A stretch of 64,000 bases of DNA from Clostridia bacterium (GTDB lineage: Bacteria; Bacillota; Clostridia; TANB77; CAG-465), in NCBI GenBank assembly GCA_900772475.1, contig CAAHEI010000008.1, positions 21,346 to 85,345 of the forward strand, given 5' to 3'. The translations under genes and the position numbers were made by a program. The notes under the pieces were generated by a model, which saw nothing but the letters and a program-made list of their open reading frames with translations, made no database searches and was not told where the DNA came from. Shown here in pieces: positions 18,879 to 29,521 of this stretch. Positions within the stretch are counted from its first letter, which is position 1. Every line of letters starts with the position of its first letter.

Positions 18879-19763
18879 TTAAAATTCCACCTCTTCTCCT
18901 TTTGAAGAAATATTTAGTTCACCTTCTTTTATAATACCTTTTTTTGATGCTTCATTTTTTAATGTGGTGTACAACCTTGCAAAACTTGCTGAATCATAAG
19001 CATTTACAAAAAATATACCCGCAATTCCAAAAGTAACTAAAGAAAGTAGATTCCAAAGTATAAATGATAATATAAATACAAAAGTTTTCCATTTTTGTCC
19101 TTCCATCATTTTTTTACTTATTTCAAATACTCTGTTTCTTTTTAAATTAGGATTATCTGCTATAATATATGGAACCATATAATATTCAAAGTATTTTATA
19201 ATTCCTGGAATTATAAATAAAAGCCCCCACACGAAAGTAGACAATCCTTTACAAAACATTATATAAACAATATTAAAATATCCCTTTTCCTTAAATACGC
19301 TTAATATTTCTAGAATATTTATCTTTTTTGTTTGATTTTTTATAAAAAACCTCTTTGAACCAACAGATAAAGGTAAAGAGATAAAAATTCCAAATAAAAC
19401 TGTAATAATTGCAGCAAACCAAAATAGGCCACCTGTAAATATTTTTAAAAGCCAATTAAAATTATCTGTAAACATAGATAATGTGTCTGCTATTATCTTT
19501 TGAGAGTTGTTCAATTGTTCACTTAAAGATTCTTTATATTCAGTTATATCTAAATTTTTTAAAACATCTCCATCTTTTTGTGATATCACCTTTCTAATTA
19601 TAGTATAATTATCTACATTATCAGATGTTTGATGAATTAGTTGAACAGAATCAGTGTATTGTATTCCAAAAAAAGCCAGTATAAAGCAAATTCCTATAGC
19701 CGCCCAATAATTTCTTCTTATATCTCCTTTTGCCTGCTTTTTTAATTCCTTCCTAGTCCACAT
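18879..19763 (-). CDS. DUF975-like membrane protein
   Basis: 294 aa. N-terminal RKELKKQAKGDIRRNYWAAIGICFI and multiple TM helices. Confidence 0.5.
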   Translation of the reverse strand: MWTRKELKKQAKGDIRRNYWAAIGICFILAFFGIQYTDSVQLIHQTSDNVDNYTIIRKVISQKDGDVLKNLDITEYKESLSEQLNNSQKIIADTLSMFTDNFNWLLKIFTGGLFWFAAIITVLFGIFISLPLSVGSKRFFIKNQTKKINILEILSVFKEKGYFNIVYIMFCKGLSTFVWGLLFIIPGIIKYFEYYMVPYIIADNPNLKRNRVFEISKKMMEGQKWKTFVFILSFILWNLLSLVTFGIAGIFFVNAYDSASFARLYTTLKNEASKKGIIKEGELNISSKGEEVEF

Positions 19764-19967
19764 ATATACATCCCTCCATAATTTTATAAATATTCTCTAA
19801 TTTTGATAATTATATCATACCAATTTACTATAATCAATTAAAATTTTTTTATATTTTTTTTATTTTTGTTAATAATAACACTTGTAGAGTATATTTAAAC
19901 ATTTCTTGATTGTTTAATTATGCATTTTTTTGTTATATCATATAGATATGAATTTAAGGGTGATTTA

Positions 19968-20294
19968 ATGAAAAAAAATGAAGCAGGAATAATAGATCAA
20001 AAAGCATTTGGAAAGAAAATAAGAGATGCTAGAAAATCAATGAAACTTACTCAATTTGAACTAGCAGAAAAAATTAATGTTTCTCAAAATTTTCTTGGAG
20101 ATATAGAAAGAGGTTTAAAACTACCAAGCGTTCCAAAATTAATTGTACTTTCAAATGTGTTAAATCTAAGCTTAGATAGTATGTTTGCAGCTTCACTAAT
20201 TACTCCAATAGAAGAACCTAAAGAAATATATTACACTGACAAACAACGACTTGTTATAAAAAAAATAGTTGAAATGATTAATGATAATTTTTAA
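19968..20294 (+). CDS. XRE-family HTH transcriptional regulator
   Basis: KKIRDARKSMKLTQFELAEKINVSQNFLGDIERG. ATG at 19968 after AAGGGTGA. Confidence 0.8.
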   Translation: MKKNEAGIIDQKAFGKKIRDARKSMKLTQFELAEKINVSQNFLGDIERGLKLPSVPKLIVLSNVLNLSLDSMFAASLITPIEEPKEIYYTDKQRLVIKKIVEMINDNF

Positions 20295-20308
20295 TCCCAG
20301 ACTTTAAA

Positions 20309-21082
20309 TCAGTCTGGGATTTTATAAAATTTTTTTGCATTATTATATACATCTTCAACAATTATATTTTCATCTATACCTCTATATTCAGCAAGTTTTT
20401 TACAAATATATTTAAGGTTTGTCGAATCATTTACACTTCCCCTTAAAGGAACCGGTGATAAATATGGTGAATCAGTTTCTACAACAATTTGTTCTAAAGG
20501 TATCTTTTTTAAGTAATTTCCAAAGCTAGCCGCTCTTCTATATGTTATATTTCCACCAAATGCAACAGTATATCCCCTCTCCAACACTAATCTTACTAAG
20601 TCATCTGTTGGATTAAAACAATGCAATAACACTCCGTATTCTGCTTTTTTTTCATTCTTTAAAATTTTATAAGTATCTAAAGACGCATCTCTTGTATGAA
20701 CAAGTATAGGTAGTTTCAATGTATTTGCAAGTTCTATTTGTTCTATAAAACAATTTGCCTGTTCAATTTTATCCTCTTTACCAAGATGATAGTCAAGTCC
20801 TATTTCCCCTATTGCAACAATTTTTTCATTATCTTCATTCTTGTACATATCATATAAATCTTGAACTTTATCTTCTTTAGCATTATATGGATGTATACCA
20901 ATAGCTGAATATATATATTCATGTGTATTTGCAAGCTTTATGCACTCTAATGATTCTATTACACTTGCTCCTACATTTATTATATATTCTACATTTTCAG
21001 TTTTACATTTATTTAAAATTTCTTCTCTATTTTTATCAAATGCTTTATCGTTATAATGTGCATGCGTATCAAAATATTTCAT
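20309..21082 (-). CDS. tatD: TatD-family metal-dependent DNase/hydrolase
   Basis: 257 aa. FDTHAHYND, GEIGLDYH, LPILVHTRDA and ETDSPYL blocks. Confidence 0.9.
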   Translation of the reverse strand: MKYFDTHAHYNDKAFDKNREEILNKCKTENVEYIINVGASVIESLECIKLANTHEYIYSAIGIHPYNAKEDKVQDLYDMYKNEDNEKIVAIGEIGLDYHLGKEDKIEQANCFIEQIELANTLKLPILVHTRDASLDTYKILKNEKKAEYGVLLHCFNPTDDLVRLVLERGYTVAFGGNITYRRAASFGNYLKKIPLEQIVVETDSPYLSPVPLRGSVNDSTNLKYICKKLAEYRGIDENIIVEDVYNNAKKFYKIPD

Positions 21083-21095
21083 TTTAAAGTCCCCT

Positions 21096-22487
21096 TTATT
21101 TTTTGGTATCTATTTTTGTTGGCAGCGTAACTATTACCTCTGTTCCTTTATTAACTTCACTACGTATATCAATAGTTCCATTGTTTCCTTCTATCATCTC
21201 TTTTACAATAGAAAGTCCAAGCCCAGTTCCTCCAGCTTTTCTACTTCTTGCTTTATCAACTCTATAAAATCTCTCAAATATTCTATCTAAATCTTTTGAC
21301 GGTATACCAATTCCATTATCTACAACCTTAAAATATGCATTAGAATTTACAACTCCCACATAAACTGTAATGTTTCCACCATCAGGTGTATATTTTATAC
21401 TATTGCTTATAATATTTATTATTACACGTTCTATTGCATCTCTATCTGCATATACTTGAGCTGAATTATTATTTACAATACAATTTAACTTATGTCCTTT
21501 TTGGTCTGCTTGAATCTTCATCTTCTCACAAACATTAATAGCCAATTCATCAAGTGAAAACATCATCTTTTTCCAACTTACCTTTTTATAATCAAATCTT
21601 GATAATTGAAGTAAATCAGAAACAAGTCTTCCCATTCTATTTGCTTCTTGATTAATAACTTTTGAAAACTTTTGTACTTCACTATATGTAAGATCACCAT
21701 TCATCATAGTTTCTGAATATCCTTTAATAGAAGTAAGAGGTGTTTTTAATTCATGAGAAACATTAGAAACAAATTCTTTTCTAAGATTATCCAGTTTTAC
21801 ATTTTCTGTTATATTTCTTACCATTATTATAACACCCATGGGTGTTAGGTTATCACTAAAAAATGGAACAAAAACAATATTTAATGAATTTCCTCCAACC
21901 GTAGTTTTTGCTTCTATTGTTTTATAATTTGGCAGATACATTACCTTATCAAAATCTAGATTTATTTTAAGTCTTTTTACAATCTTTTCAAATGTATCAT
22001 CTGTAGAACTTAAATCAAGAAGTCTCATTGCAGATTTATTTATATGTATAACTTGCCTTGAAATATTAAATGCAACAACACCGTCAGCCATGTGTTCAAG
22101 TATTATTTCTGTTTTACTTTGCTGGCCTGTAAGGTCAAAACTGTTCTTTTTTATTATTTGAAACATGTCCATATATGCATCAATAAAATCTCTAATTTCT
22201 TTAAGCTTTGCATATTCATCTAAATGGCGTGGCTCATTTATCTTTCCATCTGCAACCAGTCTCATACTTTTTTCTATTTTTTTTAATGGAAGAGTTATCA
22301 GTTTAATTACAATACTGTTTAAAATTATAGTTATAAGTATAAAGGCTAATAATAAAAGAAAATTCTTAATAGAAAATAAATTATTTGTATCAATAACTTT
22401 TCCACATAAAAGTATAGTAGTTATATATACTATAACTACCAATACTGCATTTATAATTTTGATGTTTAAATTTATAGAACCTTTCAT
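21096..22487 (-). CDS. sensor histidine kinase (TM-HAMP-PAS-HisKA-HATPase)
   Basis: 463 aa. H-box SHELKTPLTSI, N box IISNSIKYT, G boxes DNGIGIP and GGTGLGLSIV. Confidence 0.9.
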   Translation of the reverse strand: MKGSINLNIKIINAVLVVIVYITTILLCGKVIDTNNLFSIKNFLLLLAFILITIILNSIVIKLITLPLKKIEKSMRLVADGKINEPRHLDEYAKLKEIRDFIDAYMDMFQIIKKNSFDLTGQQSKTEIILEHMADGVVAFNISRQVIHINKSAMRLLDLSSTDDTFEKIVKRLKINLDFDKVMYLPNYKTIEAKTTVGGNSLNIVFVPFFSDNLTPMGVIIMVRNITENVKLDNLRKEFVSNVSHELKTPLTSIKGYSETMMNGDLTYSEVQKFSKVINQEANRMGRLVSDLLQLSRFDYKKVSWKKMMFSLDELAINVCEKMKIQADQKGHKLNCIVNNNSAQVYADRDAIERVIINIISNSIKYTPDGGNITVYVGVVNSNAYFKVVDNGIGIPSKDLDRIFERFYRVDKARSRKAGGTGLGLSIVKEMIEGNNGTIDIRSEVNKGTEVIVTLPTKIDTKK

Positions 22488-22546
22488 AAAACATCTCCCA
22501 AAACTTTTTTCTTTTATTAATATAAGTTTATTATTTACACAAAATT

Positions 22547-23248
22547 TTAATTAGAAACGTAATATCCCATTCCTCTTTTTGTTAAAACATACTGAGGATC
22601 AGCCGTACTTTTCTCTATTTTTTCCCTTAATCTTCTTACAGTTACATCAACTGTTCTGGCATCACCATAAAAATCATATCCCCATACTCCTCTTAAAATT
22701 TGCTCCCTTGTAAATACCTGATTTGGTGCTGAAGAAAGCATTTTTAAAAGTTCAAACTCTTTTATAGTAAGATCAATTGTTTTATCTCCAATAATTGCAA
22801 TATATCTTTCTGGGTCAATTATCATATCCTTTATTTTTATTTTATTCTTAGATGATTTTTTATTTTCCTCATCTCCAGGCAAAACATGTTTTCTTAAATT
22901 TGCTTTTATTCTTGCAATTACTTCTCTTATACTAAATGGTTTAGTCATATAGTCATCAGCACCTAATTCTAAACCTATTATTTTATCAACAACTTCTTCT
23001 TTTGCAGTAAGCATTATAATTGGACAAGTTAAATGTTTCCTAATTTCTTTACAAACATTAAACCCATCTACTTTTGGCAACATAAGATCTAATAAAATAA
23101 GGTCTGGTTTTACAGATAAAGCCATATTTATTGCTTCTTCACCATCATATGCAACTGCTGTTGTAAATCCCTCTTTTTCTAAATTAAATTTTAATATATC
23201 TACTATTGGTCTTTCATCATCAACAATCAAAATCCTTTTATCATTCAT
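22547..23248 (-). CDS. OmpR-family response regulator
   Basis: RILIVDDE, DLILLDLMLP, LTAK, and C-terminal winged helix (VDVTVRRLREK...RGMGY). ATG at 23248 after GAGGTG. Confidence 0.9.
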   Translation of the reverse strand: MNDKRILIVDDERPIVDILKFNLEKEGFTTAVAYDGEEAINMALSVKPDLILLDLMLPKVDGFNVCKEIRKHLTCPIIMLTAKEEVVDKIIGLELGADDYMTKPFSIREVIARIKANLRKHVLPGDEENKKSSKNKIKIKDMIIDPERYIAIIGDKTIDLTIKEFELLKMLSSAPNQVFTREQILRGVWGYDFYGDARTVDVTVRRLREKIEKSTADPQYVLTKRGMGYYVSN

Positions 23249-23502
23249 ATATTTCACCTCATATTAAATACCTAAATTATTATATCATGTAGAAAAAAAT
23301 ATTTCTACATTTTAATGAAATATTTTTAATTTTTTTGTCATTTTTTTGTAACGTTGTAACATTTCTGTTATATGCGTGAAAAATGATATATAATATATTT
23401 TAATATTTTATTTAATTAAACTATTTTCATTTATATACTTTAAATATAATCTTATGTACAATAAAAAAGTTTACTCTAACAATATTAACAACAAACTTTT
23501 AA

Positions 23503-24273
23503 TTAGTATATATATTTTACCTCATTTTCTTCCTGTTTGCATAAATTATTAAAATTATTAACGAATCTATTATCTTTTTTAGTAAGAACAAGATCAATTT
23601 TTAAACTTTCTAAATCATATCCTAAATTTTTAATTTTTTTTGTTAAATTACTTATAATCCCTTTACTTCCATCAACTACTTTTAAATTAGGTACAATTCT
23701 TTGTATATTTTCTTTAAAAATTGGAAAATGTGTACAACCAAGAACAATATGGCTATATTCACTTAATTTATATGAACAAAGTTTTTCCTTTAAGTATTCA
23801 TCAACTATATTACCTCTAACATTTTCTTCAGCAAATTCAACTAATTTATCTAAAGGTAACAAATCAACTTTATCTGTTATATGCAAATTTGTTATTAAAT
23901 TTTTTAATTTTTCCTCTTTTAAAGTTATAGTAGTTGCAGCTACTATAATTTTTTTATTTTTTTCATCATCTACAGCCACCTTTACTGCAGGTTCTGTGCC
24001 TATAAAACATATATTTGAATACATTTTTCTTAAATCTTTTATACAAAGAGCAGTTGCAGTATTACATGCAATAACAATTATTTTGCATTCATTGTTTACA
24101 AGATATTCTATATTTTCAAATATATATTTTTTAACTTTACTTTTATCTTTTATTCCATATGGAGTATTTTTATTATCTGCCAAATACAAAAAATGTCCAT
24201 GTATTTTTTGACTTAAAGCTTCATTTAAAACTGTTATACCTCCAAGTCCTGAATCAAAAAAACCAATTTTCAT
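23503..24273 (-). CDS. murI: glutamate racemase
   Basis: 256 aa. FDSGLGGITV, ACNTA and GCTHFP motifs. Confidence 0.9.
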   Translation of the reverse strand: MKIGFFDSGLGGITVLNEALSQKIHGHFLYLADNKNTPYGIKDKSKVKKYIFENIEYLVNNECKIIVIACNTATALCIKDLRKMYSNICFIGTEPAVKVAVDDEKNKKIIVAATTITLKEEKLKNLITNLHITDKVDLLPLDKLVEFAEENVRGNIVDEYLKEKLCSYKLSEYSHIVLGCTHFPIFKENIQRIVPNLKVVDGSKGIISNLTKKIKNLGYDLESLKIDLVLTKKDNRFVNNFNNLCKQEENEVKYIY

Positions 24274-24377
24274 AAAATATTACTCTCCTGTATATTAATT
24301 TTTTTTTAGTAAATAATATTATTATAACTATGTTCATAGTTTAAATATATTTACTATCTTTAGTTTACTCTATATAC

Positions 24378-24408
24378 AAAAAAGGTGGTTAAAATTGCCA
24401 CCTTTTTT
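24378..24408 (-). terminator. intrinsic terminator after recR
   Basis: AAAAAAGGTGG...CCACCTTTTTT hairpin with flanking A/T runs. Confidence 0.65.
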
Positions 24409-24416
24409 ATATATTT

Positions 24417-25010
24417 TTACATTTGTGTTCTACCCTCTAATGCTTTAATTAAGGTTATTTCATCTGTATATTCAAGATCCCCTCCTACAGGTATTCCGTG
24501 TGCAATTCTAGTAACTTTTATACCAAGTGGTTTAATCAATCTTGATATATACATTGCTGTTGCCTCTCCTTCAACTGTGGGATTTGTTGCAAGAATTACC
24601 TCTTTTATACTATCATCCTTTAATCTTTCTAGAAGTTCTTTTATTTTTATATCTCCTGCAGATATATTATTCATAGGTGATATGGATCCATGGAGTACAT
24701 GATATTTTCCTTTATATTCATGGGTTTTTTCCATTGCTATAACATCTTTTACATTTTCAACAACACAAATTGTTGATTCATCTCTTTTAGCATTTGAACA
24801 AATATCGCAAGGATCATTTTCTGTTAAATTATAACAAACTGAACAAAATTTTACATTCTTTTTTGCATTAACCAAAGTTTCAGAAAATTCCTTAGCAACT
24901 TTTTCATCAGACTCTAATATATAAAAAGCTAATCTTACCGCTGTTTTATGCCCAATACCAGGTAATTTTTCAAATTGATTTATTAATTTATTAACTGTTT
25001 CTGAATACAT
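24417..25010 (-). CDS. recR: recombination protein RecR
   Basis: 197 aa. [10 protein letters not shown] HhH, C4 Zn finger (CSVCYN...CDIC), Toprim region. Confidence 0.93.
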   Translation of the reverse strand: MYSETVNKLINQFEKLPGIGHKTAVRLAFYILESDEKVAKEFSETLVNAKKNVKFCSVCYNLTENDPCDICSNAKRDESTICVVENVKDVIAMEKTHEYKGKYHVLHGSISPMNNISAGDIKIKELLERLKDDSIKEVILATNPTVEGEATAMYISRLIKPLGIKVTRIAHGIPVGGDLEYTDEITLIKALEGRTQM

Positions 25011-25019
25011 ATATTTACC

Positions 25020-25349
25020 TTAGAATAGTCCTGGTATGTTTAAAGAACCTAGTTCAGATTGCATCATTGAGTCTGCTTTGTTCAAAGCTTCATTTACAGC
25101 TGTAAGAACTAAATCTTGTAACATTTCTACATCTTCTGGATCTACTACTTCTTTTTTTATAACAATCTCTTTTATTTTTTTATCTCCTGTTGCTCTTACC
25201 ACAACAGCTCCACCGCCCGCAGATGTTTCTATCTCCTTTTTAGCAACTTCTTCTTGCTTTTCTTGCATATCCTTTTGCATTTTTTGTGCTTGTTTAATCA
25301 TATTTTGCATATTTCCCATTCCCCCTGGGAAACCTCCAAATTTTGCCAT
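25020..25349 (-). CDS. ebfC: nucleoid-associated protein YbaB/EbfC
   Basis: [14 protein letters not shown]...GGGAVVV...[19 protein letters not shown]. Located between dnaX and recR, as in B. subtilis. Confidence 0.9.
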   Translation of the reverse strand: MAKFGGFPGGMGNMQNMIKQAQKMQKDMQEKQEEVAKKEIETSAGGGAVVVRATGDKKIKEIVIKKEVVDPEDVEMLQDLVLTAVNEALNKADSMMQSELGSLNIPGLF

Positions 25350-25403
25350 TATCAATCATCCTTTCTTTAACTTCATACATTATAATATATTAATTTTACT
25401 TTT

Positions 25404-26978
25404 TCAATCAATATTAGTATAATTTACTCCTTTTTCTTTAAATAGTTCTTCAATTTTTAATTCTTCACCTTTTTTTCCTTCATTAAGAACAATCTTAACT
25501 ATTATTTTCTTACCATAATTTTCCTTAAAACAATTCTTAATTATTTCTAAACTATCTAATTCATTTAACAAATTATATGCAAATGAATTAGATGTTGCAA
25601 TTAAAAGTGTATTTTCTTTTAAATATATTTTTGCACTTGCAATAGATGAATATATCTTTATATGTCCCCTTTGTAAAATATATTTCTTAAACTCATCTGA
25701 ATTGCTAAATTCACTTACAATATTAAAATTTTCATTTTTTTTATTATTGTTTTCATTATTAATTTTTTGTGTTTCTATATTTTTATTATCTACTTTTTTA
25801 TCTTTTTCAATTTTGTTTTCTACAATCTTTGAATTTATATTTACTTCCTTATTTTGCTTTAAATTCATTATTTCATTTTCTAAGTTTTTTATTTTTTGAT
25901 TTAACATACTTAATAAATTATTGTCTGTACCTTCTATTAAACCATTATTAATATTTTTTTCTGGATTACAAATTTCAACTATTACTGATTTTAATAAAAT
26001 TTCAGGCCTTGATGAATTTTTTAATTCATTATCTAATTTTGACAATCTATCTATAATACTAATGGTTCTTATTCTCTTTTCTTCATTTTTTTCTTTTATA
26101 AGTATATCTAAAAATTTTTCATTTAGATTTAATACTAGCTGTCTTAAATCCTTTCCTTTTTTTATTATCTCATCAATACTATTTAAAATCTCTATAACAT
26201 TTAATTCATAAATACTACATACTATTTTATTTAATATATCATCATCAATTGCACCCACTATTTTTTTTATATCATCTAATTTTAATGTTTCATCTATTTC
26301 AGATATACATCTATCCAATATACTTATACCATCTCTTAAAGCTCCATCTGCGAGCTTTGCAATATATTCACATGTTCCATTTTCATATTTTATATCTTCT
26401 TTATCACATATATACTTTAATCTATTAGATATATTTTCCTCTGATAATCGATCAAAATCAAATCTCAAGCATCTTGATAAAATAGTAACTGGTATTTTGT
26501 GTTTTTCAGTTGTTGCAAGTATAAATATTACATTTTCAGGTGGCTCTTCTAATGTTTTAAGCAAAGCATTAAAAGCACTTGTTGTGAGCATGTGTGCTTC
26601 ATCTATAATATATACCCTATATTTTACATCAATTGTTGCATATATTACCTCTTGTCTTATTTGACGAATATTTTCTACACTATTATTTGAAGCGGCATCC
26701 ATTTCAACTACATCTGTTGTATTTCCACCTATTATATTTTTACATACTTCACATTCGTTACATGGTTCTCCATTTTTTGGATTTAAACAATTTATAGCTC
26801 TTGCAAATATCTTTGCGGCTGATGTCTTTCCTGTTCCTCTAGTTCCACTAAAAATATATGCATGAGATATTTTTCCTGATTTTATTTGGTTCTTTAGAAT
26901 TTTTGTAACACTTTCCTGACCTACCATATCATTAAACGTTTGAGGTCTATACTTTCTATATAAAGCTATATATGCCAT
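25404..26978 (-). CDS. dnaX: DNA polymerase III subunit gamma/tau
   Basis: 524 aa. Walker A GTRGTGKTS, Zn module CNECEVC, DEAHML, SRC motif (LSRCLRFDF). Confidence 0.93.
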   Translation of the reverse strand: MAYIALYRKYRPQTFNDMVGQESVTKILKNQIKSGKISHAYIFSGTRGTGKTSAAKIFARAINCLNPKNGEPCNECEVCKNIIGGNTTDVVEMDAASNNSVENIRQIRQEVIYATIDVKYRVYIIDEAHMLTTSAFNALLKTLEEPPENVIFILATTEKHKIPVTILSRCLRFDFDRLSEENISNRLKYICDKEDIKYENGTCEYIAKLADGALRDGISILDRCISEIDETLKLDDIKKIVGAIDDDILNKIVCSIYELNVIEILNSIDEIIKKGKDLRQLVLNLNEKFLDILIKEKNEEKRIRTISIIDRLSKLDNELKNSSRPEILLKSVIVEICNPEKNINNGLIEGTDNNLLSMLNQKIKNLENEIMNLKQNKEVNINSKIVENKIEKDKKVDNKNIETQKINNENNNKKNENFNIVSEFSNSDEFKKYILQRGHIKIYSSIASAKIYLKENTLLIATSNSFAYNLLNELDSLEIIKNCFKENYGKKIIVKIVLNEGKKGEELKIEELFKEKGVNYTNID

Positions 26979-26999
26979 AATACCACTCCTAAAAAAAAT

Positions 27000-27081
27000 C
27001 CATCAAACACATAGAGTATAATGCTTATTGCTGCTTCCTTCCGGACCTGACAAGGTTCACAAAAACTCTATCATTTGATGG
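27000..27081 (-). ncRNA. ffs: signal recognition particle RNA (short 4.5S-like form)
   Basis: The minus strand contains the invariant domain IV sequence GTCAGGTCCGGAAGGAAGCAGC. It is closed by the long stem CCATCAAATGATAGAG / CTCTATGTGTTTGATGG and followed by T8. It sits immediately upstream of dnaX, as scr does in B. subtilis. Confidence 0.85.
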
Positions 27082-27105
27082 TAACTACATTATACAATAA
27101 AGTTA

Positions 27106-27843
27106 CTAAAACTTCAAGTACTTTCTCAAATTAAGATAAAAATTATCTTTTAAATAAAAAATATAGTCATTTAAATTTCCCCTTTTTACTTCTATTCCAG
27201 CATTAGCAAGTTCATATCCTGGAAGTTTTAAATTAATATTACATACACTCATTTTATCTTTATTATTTATTATATTAAGGTTAAATGAAATTTCAAACAT
27301 TAAATCTTCAACATTCATACCAGTAAGTGAAATAAGTGTTCCATCAAATTTAACAATTTTTGTATTTTCTGGAACTTTTACATCTTTAGCAAAATTCAAA
27401 TTATCAATTTCAATTTCTACCAAATATTGATTTTCTTTTTCACTTGTATATATATTTACTTTTTGATTTTTCATGTCTTCAAGCAATTCGGTTTTTTCAT
27501 TTGAATTTGGTTGAGTTATGTACAATTGACCTTTTTTTGTTGGTAATTTTGTTTTTATATTATCAATATATATTTCTTTTATCTCTGATTCTTTAGGAAT
27601 TAATAATGATAGAACATTTTTTTGTGATAAGTCAAGTATCAAATCAGATATCGTACTTTTTTCTTTATTCTCTTGTTTTTCTTCAACCGTTACTAAAGAT
27701 GTTATCAAAGCATCATTAGTCCTAAATGTTCCTTGATTAATTTTTCCCCTATTATTTAATAAAAGGTAAAAAACTACAGCTATTATTAATATTGAAACTA
27801 TTATTACAAAAATTATCAGTAATGCTTTATTACTTTTTTTCAT
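27106..27843 (-). CDS. hypothetical membrane-anchored protein
   Basis: ATG at 27843 after GGAGG. Single N-terminal TM (ALLIIFVIIVSILIIAVVFYLLL). No motif recognised. Confidence 0.5.
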   Translation of the reverse strand: MKKSNKALLIIFVIIVSILIIAVVFYLLLNNRGKINQGTFRTNDALITSLVTVEEKQENKEKSTISDLILDLSQKNVLSLLIPKESEIKEIYIDNIKTKLPTKKGQLYITQPNSNEKTELLEDMKNQKVNIYTSEKENQYLVEIEIDNLNFAKDVKVPENTKIVKFDGTLISLTGMNVEDLMFEISFNLNIINNKDKMSVCNINLKLPGYELANAGIEVKRGNLNDYIFYLKDNFYLNLRKYLKF

Positions 27844-28352
27844 ACAAACCTCCATTTATTTTATATGTTTTTTTATCTTTTTTATCACTGCGTATAGAAA
27901 AAATATATGTATATTAGTAAATTTAAATAATTAATTACTTAAACACCATCTAAAATATATTCTATCAAACATAAAAAAATTATGCAATATTTTAATAAAG
28001 GATTTTTTTAAATATTAAAAGTTTGGTATTACCATTCAGACTAGCTGAAAATTAAAAATTTAAATATTTGTAAAAAAATTAATATAAAGTACTTTGCAGT
28101 AATTATTATTAATTATCTAGAGGCACAATATTAAATTTGTTATGTACATTATTTTGCTATTAACATTTGATTTTGTTTTTTAGTTAACTATAGTCAAAAT
28201 AGTAACCTTTTTAATTAATTGTTAATCTTGCATACTCCTTTTTACTATAATATAATCTTACTTTTTTCACAAATACAACCATTATGAATTGTATATTATC
28301 CTTATGGTATGCACGTAATAATGAAAGGGGCTGTAAAAAAGCCCCTTTTTTA

Positions 28353-28910
28353 TTATACTCTTTCCATATAGCTTCCTGTTCTTGTATCAATACGTATTTT
28401 ATCACCGATATTTACAAAAACTGGAACATTAAAGTTTGCACCTGTTTCTACAGTACATGGTTTTGTTGTACCAGTTGCAGTTGCACCTTTTATCCCTGGT
28501 TCAGTATATGTTACTTCAAGTTCTACAAATGTTGGTGGTTCTACACCAAATATTTTACCTTTATATGATAATACTTTTACTAGCATATTATCTTTTAAAT
28601 ATGGTAAAGTGTCTACAATTTGTTCTTTTGAAAGTTCTACTTGCTCATAAGTAGTTGTATCCATAAAAGTATACATATCTCCTTCACTGTATAAATATTG
28701 CATTTCTTGTACAGTTACTTGAGCTTCTTCTACTTTTTCAGATGGATTAAAAGTTTTTTCTAAAGTTTGCCCAGTTATAACATTCTTAAGTTTTGTTCTA
28801 ACAAAAGCTGCTCCTTTTCCTGGTTTTACATGTTGAAATTCTACTACTCTATATACATTAGAATCCATTTCAAATGTAACACCATTTCTAAAATCTCCTG
28901 CTAAAATCAT
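28353..28910 (-). CDS. efp: elongation factor P
   Basis: 185 aa. [19 protein letters not shown] block with the modified Lys region. GC hairpin terminator just downstream. Confidence 0.93.
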   Translation of the reverse strand: MILAGDFRNGVTFEMDSNVYRVVEFQHVKPGKGAAFVRTKLKNVITGQTLEKTFNPSEKVEEAQVTVQEMQYLYSEGDMYTFMDTTTYEQVELSKEQIVDTLPYLKDNMLVKVLSYKGKIFGVEPPTFVELEVTYTEPGIKGATATGTTKPCTVETGANFNVPVFVNIGDKIRIDTRTGSYMERV

Positions 28911-28925
28911 AAGCTCCTCCTTATA

Positions 28926-29273
28926 TTATTTTGAAACTTTTTCTACTAAAGTTTTAAAGCCTTCCATGTCATTTACAGCCATTTCAGCTAACATTTTTCT
29001 ATTAATTGTAACATTTGCTTTCTTTAAGTTAGACATTAATTTACTATATGTAGTTCCACACATTCTTGCACCTGCATTAATTCTTGCTATCCAAAGTTGT
29101 CTGAAATTTCTTTTCTTTTGTTTTCTTCCTATATATGCATATTTTAAAGATTTCATAACAGCTTGATTTGCCATTTTAAATCTTACAGATTTTGCTCCAA
29201 AATAACCTTTTGCTCTTTTTAGAACTTTTTTATGTCTAGCTCTTGTTGTTACAGCTCCTTTTACTCTTGCCAT
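28926..29273 (-). CDS. rplT: 50S ribosomal protein L20
   Basis: [24 protein letters not shown]... Confidence 0.95.
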   Translation of the reverse strand: MARVKGAVTTRARHKKVLKRAKGYFGAKSVRFKMANQAVMKSLKYAYIGRKQKKRNFRQLWIARINAGARMCGTTYSKLMSNLKKANVTINRKMLAEMAVNDMEGFKTLVEKVSK

Positions 29274-29301
29274 TTTAAATTCCTCCTTTTTAGTTTAATA
29301 A

Positions 29302-29499
29302 TTATTTATATGGTAGTAATTTTTTAACTGCATTTTTACTTGTGCTATCTACATAAGCTGATTTTTTCAAAGACATTTTTCTCTTTGATGATTTTCCAGT
29401 TAGTTTATGTGCACGATTTGCTACATTTCTTTTAACTTTACCACTACCTGTTACAGATAATCTTTTTTTAGATGAACTATGTGTTTTCATTTTTGGCAT
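29302..29499 (-). CDS. rpmI: 50S ribosomal protein L35
   Basis: MPKMKTHSSSKKRLSVTGSGKVKR... Confidence 0.95.
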   Translation of the reverse strand: MPKMKTHSSSKKRLSVTGSGKVKRNVANRAHKLTGKSSKRKMSLKKSAYVDSTSKNAVKKLLPYK

Positions 29500-29521
29500 A
29501 ATAATCTCTCCTCTCCAAACT

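Noticed and set aside
23346-23360. Tandem TTGTAAC-G-TTGTAAC direct repeat ~100 nt upstream of the response regulator gene, a possible autoregulatory site.
   Set aside because: The 1-nt spacing does not fit the ~11-bp periodicity of OmpR/PhoB or WalR sites. It is a short AT-rich motif that could arise by chance.
23537-24211. Long antisense ORFs inside murI (224 aa). Similar cases are 35897-36457 in dnaN, 24385-24702 in recR, 25036-25422 in ebfC, 22165-22554 in the kinase gene and 39830-40225 in yidC.
   Set aside because: Each lies opposite a confidently identified gene. Their low-complexity Phe/Ser/Leu/Ile composition is typical of shadow ORFs in AT-rich genomes.
28211-28568. Small ORFs in and around the 0.5-kb AT-rich spacer downstream of efp.
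   Set aside because: They have no SD and overlap the efp terminator or the efp 3' end. No structured or conserved motif was seen in the spacer.
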